Of a stretch of 60,000 nucleotides of DNA, positions 12,770-23,384 are shown piece by piece. Both the position numbers and the translations under genes were made by a program. The notes below the pieces were generated by a model. That model saw only the letters and a program-made list of their open reading frames with translations, had not been told where the DNA came from and did not search any database. Origin of the DNA: Lama guanicoe (taxonomy: Eukaryota); contig MU053933.1 of NCBI GenBank assembly GCA_013239625.1, forward strand, positions 2,009,026-2,069,025. Reading direction: 5' to 3'. Each line of letters begins with the position of its first letter. Positions within the stretch are counted from its first letter, which is position 1.

Positions 12770-13007
12770 CTGCGGCTGTGGGCCCCTCAGCCAGGCCGAT
12801 GTTCCTGCCTCCCACACTGTCCCCCAGGCCCCAGCCTGTGGGCTCTGGGGCCGAACCCTCAAAGGCAGGAGGCTGGGGAGAAGGAGAAAGGGCCTCATGG
12901 ATTTCACAGGGTGGCGACCACCGCGCCCCATCCAGTGTCCCCGCTGGGTCAGGGTCCGAGTCGTCCAGGGTCTCCAGACTCAGGGTCCCGGGGGAGGAGA
13001 GGGCCAT
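12770..13007 (-). CDS. DNMT3L: Candidate upstream DNMT3L coding exon (MALSSPGTLSLETLDDSDPDPAGTLDGARWSPP...); 3' end uncertain (12908 or 12770)
   Basis: ATG at 13007; peptide resembles the longer rodent-type N-terminus (LETSDSSSPD-like, from memory); two phase-1 GT donors are compatible with the acceptor at 12446. Confidence 0.55.
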
Positions 13008-13079
13008 GGAACCGCAGAAAGGGCTTTCCAGAAACCAGCAGGAAAGCGGGGTGGTGGGCTGGCCGGGTTGGGGGACGCA

Positions 13080-13400
13080 GAGTGGGGGCGGGGTCCCCAC
13101 GTGACGTGCGGGGGCGGGACAGGAGCGGGGGAGNNNNNNNNNNNNNNNNNNNNNNNNNNNNNNNNNNNNNNNNNNNNNNNNNNNNNNNNNNNNNNNNNNN
13201 NNNNNNNNNNNNNNNNNNNNNNNNNNNNNNNNNNNNNNNNNNNNNNNNNNNNNNNNAGTGCGGGGGTGGGGTGCTCAGGGGCGGGGCTAAGGGCGCTCAG
13301 TGCTCTGGGCAGGAGGGAGGGGAGGAGGGGCTTAATGGTGGGGTGGGTCAAGGGCAGTCAGCGGGGCGGGAGAGGGGGAACGGGGAGCAGGGGTGTTGGT
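13080..13400 (-). promoter_or_regulatory. Probable DNMT3L promoter, interrupted by an assembly gap
   Basis: Several GGGGCGGG GC boxes and an overlapping CACGTG/TGACGT (E-box/CRE-like) motif at about 13098-13108, just upstream of the first exons. Confidence 0.6.
13134..13256. other. Assembly gap (N run)
   Basis: Run of n. Confidence 1.
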
Positions 13401-13619
13401 TGGGACCCGGGGGAGGCATAACTCCTCTCTCTCCAGCTTGGGTGTGGGTTGAGTCTCACGACATCCTCGTAAAAATTGCATTGGGAGGTGGGGGGAGTAA
13501 CTCTGCTGACAAACAGCTCTGCTGGCTAGTGGTCTGTCGGGTTGACAGTCCATGCCCCAGATACCAGGAGATGAGAACGCCTGTCCCCTCTGTGGGCTCC
13601 CTCCCCACCCATAACCCCT

Positions 13620-13950
13620 GCCTCCACCCATGACAAAAGCACCAGAAAATTCCAGGGGAGCGACAGCCACCAGAACACCTGCCCAGGGCTCCTCAAAACT
13701 GTGAAGTTCATCAAAAGCAGAGAAAGTCTGAAAAACTGTCACAGCCAAGAGGAGCCTAAGGAGACTTGTGGACTAAATGGGACAGAGAAGGAACATTAGG
13801 GGAGAATGAAAGACGTCCAGTGAGCCACGGCTTAGCCGTGTCAGGAATCCGGTGTCAGTGCTGCCTCATTAACTGTAACAAACGTATCACACGGATGCAA
13901 GACGTTGATAGTAAGGGAGACTGGGTGGGGGCTGCGGGGATTCTGCATCA
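13620..13950 (+). mobile_element. Old LINE-1 3' UTR fragment (L1MC/MD-like)
   Basis: ctcctcaaaactgtgaagttcatcaaaagcagagaaagtctgaaaaactgtcacagccaagaggagcctaaggagac. Confidence 0.65.
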
Positions 13951-15349
13951 GCTTTGCAGACTTCCTGCAGATACAACCTGTTCTAAACTAGTTTCTGTTT
14001 TGACAATGCAGTATAATGAACTACAGTCACCATGCTGTACGTTACGTCCCTAACTATGATTGACTTATTTTTTACCTGGAAGTTTGTACCTTTTGACCCT
14101 CTTCACTCATTTCACCCAGCCCCCAGTTCCTACCTCTGACTGCCATCTTCTCTGAATCTATGAGTTTGGGGGTTTTTTCCCTTCTTCTTCTTAATTCCAC
14201 ATGTAAGTGAGATCATATGGTATTTGTCTTTCTCTGACTTACTTCATTGAGCATAATCCCCTCAAGGTCAACCCATGTTGTCACAAATGGGAAGATTTCA
14301 TTTCTTTTCCCATGCCATTGTGCGTGTGTGTGTGTGTGTGTGTATACATACACATGGCACACTTGCTTTATCCATTCATCCACTGGTGGGCACTTAGGTT
14401 GTTTCCATGTCTTGGATGTTGTAAATACGCTGCAATGAACAGGGCTGCAGATAGCTTCTCAAAGTAGTTTTCGTTTTCTTTGGATGAATACCCAGAAATG
14501 GGATTGCTGGATCATACAGTAGGTCTATTTTTCATTTTTTGAGGAAACTCCATACTGTTTTCCATAGTGGCTGCACCAAGTACATTCTCACAACAGTGCA
14601 CAAGGAGTCTCGTTTCTCCACGTCCTCGCCGGCAGTTGCTGTCTCTTGTCTTTTTGGTGATGGCCATTCTGACAGGTGTGAGGTGGTATCTCCTTGTGGT
14701 TTGGGTTTGTAATTCCCTGATATTAGTGATGCTGAGCACATCTTCTTGTACCTGTTGGCCATCTGTATGTCTTCTTTGGAAAAATATTTATTCAGATTCT
14801 TTGCCTGGATTTTATATCAAATTGTCTGTTGTTTTGCTGCTGAGTTGTATGAATTCCTCATATATTTTGGCTACTAACCCCTTATCAGATGTATGATTTT
14901 CAAATATTTTCTCCCATTCAATTCATTGCCTTTTCATTTTGTTGATGGTTTCCTTTGCAGTGACGGAGTTTTTAGTATGATCAAGTTTTTTGTTTATTTT
15001 TGCTTTTGTTGCCTTTGCTTTTGGTGTCAAATCGGAAAAACCATCACCAAGACCGATGTCAAAGAGTTTACCATCTATGCTTTCTTCTAGGAGCTTTATG
15101 GTTTCAGGTCTTACACTCAAGTCTTAAATCCATTTTGAGTTAATCTTTGTGTATGGTATAAGATAGTGGTTCAGTCTCATTTTTTTGCATGTGGCTGCCC
15201 AGTTTTCTCAACACCATTTATTGAAGAGACTGTATACTCGTGGCTCCTTTGTGGTAAATTAATTGTCCATATATGTATGGGTTTACTTCTGGGCTCTCTA
15301 TTCTGTTCCATTGATCTATGTGCTGTTTTTGTGCCAGTACCATACTGTT

Positions 15350-18148
15350 TTTAAAAATTTTTTTTTACCTTTAAGTAAAAAGCCAGTTTTTATCGTTTTT
15401 AATTTATTTATGTATTTATTTTACAACATATTTTTTAAATTGAAGTATATTTGATGTACAGTATTATGTTACAGGTATACAATATAGTGATTCTTGAATT
15501 TTAAAGGTTATACTTCATTTATAGTTATAAAATGTTGGCTGTATTCCCATGCGGTACAGCACGGCCTTGTAGCTTATTCTATACCTGTGAGTGTGTGCCT
15601 GTTAGTCCTCTGGCTCCATCTGGCCCCGCCCCCTCCCCCGCCCCTCTGGTCACCGCTGGTTCCTTCTCTATGTCTGTGAGTCTGCTTCTTTTCTGTTATA
15701 CTCACTAGTCTGTTGTATTTTTTTCGATCCCACATGTAAGTGATGTCTTACAGTATCTGTCTGTCTCTGTCTGACTCACTTCACTCAGCACAGTGCCCTC
15801 CGAGTCCAGCCACGCTGTGCACCAGAAACAGATACAACATTGTAAATCAACTGCACTTCAATTAAAAAGCAAACAAACAACCAAAGAGCCCATTTAAATA
15901 TGGGCAGAAGAACTGAACAGACATTTTTCCAAAAGAGAAGATGCAGACAGCCAACAGGAACATGAACATGAAAAGCTGCTCAGCATCACTAATACCAGGG
16001 AAATGCAAGTCAAAATCACAGTGAGACCCCACCGCACACCTGTCAGCATGGCCAGCATCAGAAAGAACGCAAGCAACAAAGGTCGGCAGGGATGAGGGGA
16101 AAAGGGAGCCTTTGTGCACTGTTGGTGGGAATGCAAATGGGTGCAGCCACCATGGAAAACAATATGGAGATTTCTCAAAAACCTAAAAATAGAACCACCC
16201 TATGGCCCAGCAGTTCCACTCCTGGGCATGTATTCAAGAAAAACAAAAATATTAACTCAAAAAGATACACACACCCTGCTATTAACAGCAGCACTATTTA
16301 TCACTACCCGGAAGCGGAAACACGCTAAGTGCACGTGAAAAGCTGAATGGATAAAAAGGCTGCTGCATGCATATGCAATGGAATACAACTCACCCATAAA
16401 AAGGAATGTTATTTTGCCATTTGCGGCCCTTCTTTCACAGTTTTTTTTTTTCGCACTTCAAAACCCAGAATTTTATAACTGGCATAAACATTTCCATTGC
16501 ACCAAAACCAACAAAATATCTAGAAATAAACTTAACCAAGGTGGTTACTTATACTCTGAAAACTGTAAAACGTTGACGGAAGAAACTGAAGATGATGCAA
16601 AGAAATGGAAAGGTATCTTGTGCTCTTGGATTGGAAGACTCAACATTATCAAAACAGCCACACCACCCAAAGCAACCACGGACCCAGGGCACCGCTGTAG
16701 AAGTACTCACGACATTCCTCACAGCACTAGACAAGCAATTCCGAAGTTTTATGGAGCCATAAAAGGCCCCGAACAGCCAAAGCAACCTTTTGTAGGGCTT
16801 TTGTTTTTTTTCCCTCTTTCTTCTTCCTGTTCTCTTTTCTTGTGGTTTGATGACTTAGAGAAGGTCCTTCAACATTTGTTGTAAAGCTGGCTTGGTGGCG
16901 CTGAAATCGTGTAGCTTTTGTTTATCTGTGAAGCTCTTGATTTCTCCCTCAAGTCTGAAGGAGAGCCTTGCTGGACAGAGTGTTCTTGGCTTGCATCGCT
17001 TTAAATAGACCGTGCCGCTCCCTTCTGGCCTGCAGAGTTTCTGCTGAAAAGTCAGCTGATAACCTTGTGGGAGCTCCCTTGTATGTTATTTGTTGCTTCT
17101 CTCTTGCTGGTTTTCATATTTTTTCAGGTTCTTTCTCTCTCTCTTCTCTTTCTGGGACCCCTATAATGCGAACATTAATGTGCTTCATGTTATCCCAGAG
17201 TTCTCTTAGATTACCCTCATTTCTTTTCACTCTTTTTTTTCTGTTTGTGGGCTCCTTCCACAGGCTCTGGGCTTGTTTTCTTAGCTCTGGTACCTGCCCT
17301 GGTGGGTGAGGCTGGACAGAGGCTTATGCAGGCTTCCTGGCAGGAGCAGCCAGCGCCTGCCCACTGCCGGGTGAAGCTCGGTCCTGGACCTCTGGTGGGT
17401 AGGGCCGTGTCTAGAGGCCTCTGTGGCTCAGGAAGTCTGCTGATGGGTGTGGCTGTGTTCCCACTCTATATTGTTTGGCCTGAGGCTTCCCTACAGGCTG
17501 TTGGGTGGGACTCGGTCTTGGTGCTGATGATCCAGTCAAGGTGTCAGCCTCCAGCAAAGCTCATGTGGATGAACACTCCCCAAATGCCCAGCAGCAGCTT
17601 TTCTGTCCCCTGAGTGAGCCGCAGCCGTCCCCCACGTCCCCAGGAGGCCCTCCAAGTCCAGCAGGCAGGGCTGGCCCAGGTTCCTGTGAAATCACTGCCT
17701 CTGCCTTGGACCCGGTGCACATGGGTTTCTGTGTACGTTTCCCAAGCAAATAGAGTCTCCATTTCCCCCAGTCCCGTGGGACTTCTGGAGCTAAGTCCGG
17801 CCGGCCTTCGAAACCAGGTGTCCTGGGGTCTCCTCTTCCCCCAGTGCCAGAGCCGCAGTCTGGGGAGCCCGACGCGGGGCTCAGAGCGCTCACCCCTGCA
17901 GGAGGGCCGCTGCGACTGACCTGTCCTTCAGCTTGTGGGTCGCCCCCCGCCCCGGGGGTCTGGGGCCCAATTATGTCCTGAGCACGCCCCTCCTGCCGTC
18001 CTGCTGTGGGCCCCTCTTTGTGTTTCCAGCTGAAGCAGCTCTCTTTTGCTAGGTTCCAGCCTTTTTTCCTCCAGTGGTTGTGGGTTTGCTGTAGTCACAA
18101 GGAGAGGCGAGCCCGTGGTCTCACCGCTCTGCCATCTTGACCAGCAAT
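15350..18148 (-). mobile_element. Composite, internally deleted and partly inverted L1 insertion
   Basis: Flanked by cagtaccatactgtt (15335-15349) and cagtaccacactgtt (18149-18163); T-rich tail at the left; CAAGATGGC L1-type start at 18139-18131; ORF1 remnants at about 17230-16860. Confidence 0.7.
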
Positions 18149-18264
18149 CAGTACCACACTGTTGTAATTACAACAGCTTTGTAATAGAGTTTGAAGTCAG
18201 GGCATGTGACACCTCCAGTTTTGTTCTTCTTTCTCAGGGTTGCTTTGGCAATTCTGGGTCTTTG

Positions 18265-18922
18265 TGAGGCAGGAGGGCAGGGGGCAGGGCACAGCCATTC
18301 AAGGAATGACAGCAACTAACACCAGAGCTGAGGAAGATTCAACTCCCACTAGGCCTTGAGGATTAAGACGGCAGGAGGTCTGACTTCTAGCAGACCTTGA
18401 GCTTCATCATCTGCTCAGCGCAGCGTATCAGCATGATAAATAGCACGCCCGCAGGCGCCAGGACAGCCCGAGGCCGAGGCCGACCACCGAAGGTCAGAGT
18501 GGGCGGTGGCCCAGCCCCTGGGAACCCCAGCCCCCTCCCCAGGTTAGCTGGAGTAGCCCTCGCACCTGCAGGTGTGAGGCTGTAAAAGCCAGCGGTAAAA
18601 GCCAGCAGCACCGCCCCTCCCGGCCGCCTCTCCTGCTCCCTCCCCTTTGGAGGCGGCCGCACCCTGTCTGTGGAGCGAGTGCCTGCTTTTGCTGTAACCT
18701 GGGCACCACCCACACCACCTCATGGCCTTTCTCTTGTCTTTTGGAACAGGCTACACTCTATACAGCATGTGTTTCTCTAAATAAATCTCCAACTGTGGCT
18801 CACTCTTGAAGTCTTTCCTACGTGAAGCCAAGGACCTGCTGTTGGCGGGGCACGTCCCACGGGCTGAGCTGAGACCTGGGACTCGGCCCTCCTCACGCTT
18901 CAGGTCCGTTTTTCCTGCATCA
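18265..18922 (+). mobile_element. Solo ERV LTR (ERV1-like), 658 bp
   Basis: TG...CA ends with a 9/10 terminal inverted repeat (tgaggcagga / tcctgcatca), 4-bp TSD TTTG (18261-18264 and 18923-18926), aataaa near 18780. Confidence 0.85.
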
Positions 18923-19097
18923 TTTGTGTTTCTACTCAAACTTTAGGATTCTCTTTTCTGGTTCTCTGAAAAATGCCATTGATTTTGAAAGGGGTTTCAT
19001 CGACTCTGTAGGTTGCCTTGGGTGGATGGACATTTTAACAGTATTAGCTCTTCCGACCCATGAGTGTATCATTCTGAATACTTCAGAATCTTTATTC

Positions 19098-19242
19098 TAG
19101 TTTTCAAAATGTGCTCTGTTTTTTGGCGAAGGGAGGCAATCAGATTTATTTATTTACTTGTTTTTAATGGACTGCTGAGGGGGGAACCCAGGGCCTCGTG
19201 CGCGCTGAGCATGCGCTACACCGCTGAGCTGTACCCACCCCC
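19098..19242 (-). mobile_element. tRNA-derived SINE, camelid Vic-1-like
   Basis: Minus strand reads ggggtgggtacagctcagcggtgtagcgcatgctcagcgcgcacgaggccctgggttc...ccattaaaaacaagtaaataaataaatctgattgcctccc: A/B-box-like head and AT-rich tail, with an imperfect agaa..tttattc flanking duplication. Confidence 0.8.
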
Positions 19243-22200
19243 AGAACGTTTATTCCAAAAGAGTTCATTAAACCTCTTTCGAGTGGAGGGAAGCGAATGC
19301 TGATGATGACAGTGAAACCACTTTCCCCGTGTCTGAGCACCTTGTCTTGGTTGCTTTCTCCTCCTTTTGTTTAGTTAGGCTTTGCTTTTTAACTTGGACA
19401 CCAGGTTAAAAATGATTATCAGGACCAGAGTGACTGGGGTGCAGGCCCAACCCCCCGACCACGTCACCTGACCCCCATGTCACGCAGCAGCCCCACCCTG
19501 TCCATGTTGTTCCCTGACAGAAGGGGGGTGTGGGGATTCTGGGGGCCCCTTCCAGCTCTGGGGAAGGGGTGGTCGTCTCGCTGCTGGACGTGAGAGCAGG
19601 GAGGGCGTCCTGGGGGTCAGGAGCACTTGGTCTGGCAGCGTGGAGCAGAGGCTCATGGAAGGTCCCAGAGCGCGGGACAAGCGCTGCTGTGGCCCCAGGA
19701 TATCTGGGGCAGGTGCCTTCCTGTTGGAGTCCCAGGTCCTGCAGGCCCTGCTGCAGCTTGGCAGAGACCAATGTCGTCTGGGGGGAAGCACAGAAAGGAG
19801 GCCCATGTGGTTTGGAAACAGGTCTCGGAGGAGCTGGCCTCTTGGTGACCGGCTCGGTCTCCGAGGCCACCACCAGCATTAGACCCTGAGATGTCAGGCC
19901 ACTCTGCCGGTGATGTGCACCTGTCCTCACCCACGGACCCCCCAGGCAGCCTGACGTTCACACCATGGGAGCGAAGGGCAGGACGTGAAACGGGGCTCCA
20001 TCTCATCTCCACAGGGACCACTAGCGAGCTAAATCTCCCCCTTGCCTCGCACCCAGCAGCAGCCGCACCCCACGAGTGGTGGTCCTGAAGCTTCTGGGGT
20101 GAACCCCAGCCCTGCCCCCAACAGTCCAGGCTGCTATGGCAGGACATGTGCAGGGCTGGTGTGGGCGAGGTGAGGACCCATTGACAGCCCTGCACGAGCC
20201 CCCACATCCCTAGGGCTACAGTGGGCACGTGGTTAGATCCTGCCTGGCCTGGTGGTCACCCCCAGGTGGCCGTGAACACCCTCTGTGTGCTGGCCTGACA
20301 GGGTGACCCACAACTTGATCCCAGTTGGGCTCACAGGACCAAGGGCATCCTGACTCCAGTGGACCTCGGCCCCCTGCCCCGCTGGGCCTGGCAGTGGCCA
20401 CATACAACCTGGGCAGAGACCATCCCGGTACCAGGGCACTGGCCAGGGTTCCTGGCACTGGGGAAAGACTCCCAACCCTGCTCAGCCCCCATGCTGTCCT
20501 TTCACATTCCTGCCAGGCCCCCAGAGTAGCAGGGGGTCTCAGGGCCACACATCGGGCAACTGGAAAGGGTTTTCAGGCATGCGAAGCAGGGAGGGGTCTG
20601 GGAGCCGGCGGAGGGCCGAGTCTCTCCTGGGACGCACACTGGCGGGGGGCATTGGGACCACTGTCCCGAAGCCGCATCCGGGAAGCGACAGGCATGCAAG
20701 CGAGCGTGGAGGACTGGGATTCAGGTCTGTCCCTTTTTCTGCAGACACCAGGTGTGGGCTCCTGGCTGCTTGTAGGTCTTCTGGGCAGAGGAGGCGCAGA
20801 GACCGCCTCTCCTGGGCAGTGGGCCGTGGGCCGTGGGCCGTGGCAGGGGAGGGAGAGGTGCAAATCACTGTGTCCCCACCCAAAGTGGGCTTGCCGACTC
20901 CAGACCCTCATGCTTCCACGGGACAGCAGGCTCCTGGGACGGGCTGGGCTCAGTCACCTTACGTTTCTGGGGCTGATTTCCCCAACCTATGCTTCATGCA
21001 TCCAACTCCACGTGCAGCATTCATAAATGTACCTCGAAGGGAACAACCTCTGCTGAAATAGGCTTGGGGGAAGTGGAGGGTTAAGTGGGCACTTTTTTTC
21101 CTGTGGGACTTATCAGAGCCTTTATGCAGTGATGGAAACTGTGAACCTCCAAGCAGGGGAAGGTACACAGCCCAGCCCAGACCGTCCTGACCACGGCGCC
21201 CTGTTCCCAAGGCTGCCTGTGACTGTGCTGCCAGAGCGTGGGAGGAGCTGCGGGCTGTGGCCCAAGGCTGGACAGGCCGGCAGGTGGGCTAGTCGGGCTG
21301 TAGCACCAACACCCTGGGGCCCAGGGCTGCGGCAGCACAGGCTGATAACCTGCCGCCTCCTCCTGACCATTGGGGTCTTGGCCCCTGCGCGGCAGACAGT
21401 GCCCTCCCACCTGGAGTGTGTGGCAGGGCAGGGGAAGGGAACACGGCGACCCAGAGTTTCAGTGGCCAAATCGGGTCACGTGACCCATCTCCACTGGTGG
21501 GTGGGGGTGCTTGTCACGCTCGCTGAGGGAACGCATGGATGGATGAACCAACACTCATCCTTCTCAAAACAGAGCAGTGGGAGTTAAAGAGAAATCTGCC
21601 CTCGCATGGGGCTTGACCTGCAGAGGACCAGGAAGTGACCCACTCGTCCTGAGGCTCTGGTCCGGCCCCCCTGCCCCCACTGCAGCTGCCTTGACCATTA
21701 ATGACGCTTTGCATATGCAGGGAGAGCAGGTAGCCCTGACAGCTGCAAGCCGGCCCGGCCTCACAGCCAGGTCTCCGTGTACTCCTGGTGGACATCACTG
21801 ATCTCACAGAGCACGGCCTCGGACAGGCCACTCCGTGTGTGACTGTGGGAGTGGAAAGAACTAGAGCCTTTCCCAGTCCGCCTGAGCACGAAAGCAAGGG
21901 CGTGAGCCACCCACAAAAGGACCAGACGCCCCCTCCCCAGGTGACTGCCTCTCCTCTGCCGCTGGGTGTGAGTCCTGAAGATGCCCAGTCCCAGAACCGC
22001 TCCCCTGCCCATCAGCACCCCACCCACAGCTGCCACAGGGGGGCCTTGGGAGCAGGGCCGCCGGCCAGGACCCTGGTGTCTGGGCCCTCGTTCACAGTGG
22101 CGTCACCGCATTCATGTCTCTGAGAGTGTGGTGCTGACCCGCCCGCTTCCTCGATCTAACCTGCTGTTTCTTCAAGCCCACTATGCCAAGACGGCCCCTC

Positions 22201-23384
22201 GACGACACTAAGGAAAGTGCCATCTCCCACCAGTGCACGGGCTACACGCTTCTACAGGCCAATACTCCAACGCACCCAAGTAGATGGTGGCGCGGTGCTG
22301 GGTCCCAGCCCCGAGGTCGGGCGGTGGAGTAAACCTTTCATGAAAATCGAGTCTCTCCTCTCTGTTTCTTCCTTTTCCTTTTTTGACTTGAGTGTTTGTC
22401 TTTTTGTTATTGATCCAAGAACTCTCTATATTAAAGGTATTAACTCTTACCTCATCCTCCCATGTATGTCACGAATACTGATTTTAATGTTTCCGTACAT
22501 CTTTACACACAAATATCTTGCCTTTGTTGTACCTGTCATGGTTTTCACTTTCCTGCCATACTTAAAAGTTTCCTCTCCACCCCAAGATGATACTAGCCTT
22601 CATCTTTATTTTAGCATCTTACTTCACTTTTTAACTTCTGTCTTCAGTCTAGTCAGAATATTTTTTGGTGTTCGTCATGACTTTCGTGCTGATTAGCTGC
22701 TCTGAGCCATCTTCTCCTCCCTGCATTCCACAAGACGTCTTCGTCACGTGAGCATCCTCAGAGGTGTCTGGGTCTCGCTCCAGAGGTCTGCGTCTCTCTC
22801 CACCAGCCCTCCTGCCCTCCTCACTGTAGTTTTGTAATACGTGAGCTATCTGGGGCAGCACCATCCTCTTCAAAAATGTCTCCTCTCTTGTTCATTCATC
22901 TTCCAAAAGAACATTAGATGCAAGTTCTAAAACCTCTTTAGTAATGGGATTGGAATTACATTAGTTTTAGGAAGCACTGCCTTTCAAAAATGAAATTAAG
23001 AAAATAAATCATGGTGTACATTTCTGTTTCTTTTTAAAAATTATATATGTCAATTATACTTTAATAAACAGATACAAACAAATAAGTAAATAAATAATAA
23101 AAATAAAGTAAATCAAATGAAACGTGGGCACTGCAGGTTTTTTCCTATCTTTATTTCTAATTATCTGATATTTTGATTGGTATTGTGAATATTTTCCATT
23201 ATATCCTATTTCTTTTTAATGCACAAATTAACATAGGCACGTTATTAAAATTCAAACCACATTCGAGTGTACAGATTAAACAGGGAACCCCCATCTCACC
23301 GTCTCTGTCCTGCCCCAGGGCTCACATCTGTTATGTCTTTTTCCAGGTGGAGAGGTTTTCTTTTTCTTTCTGGAATAAAAAAAG

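Larger units (their letters stand above)
13990..19065 (-). mobile_element. Host LINE-1 (3' part of ORF2 and 3' UTR) split by nested insertions; host pieces at about 13990-15349, 18149-18264 and 18923-19065
   Basis: Minus-strand ORF2 C-terminal remnants ([42 protein letters not shown]); the sequence resumes colinearly after each insertion. Confidence 0.85.

Noticed and set aside
12594..13633. Long ORFs spanning the N gap (likewise 29113-30047)
   Set aside because: Artefacts of translating through Ns.
19165..19242. tRNA-Ala-like gene
   Set aside because: Degenerate B box and an attached AT-rich tail indicate a SINE, not a functional tRNA.
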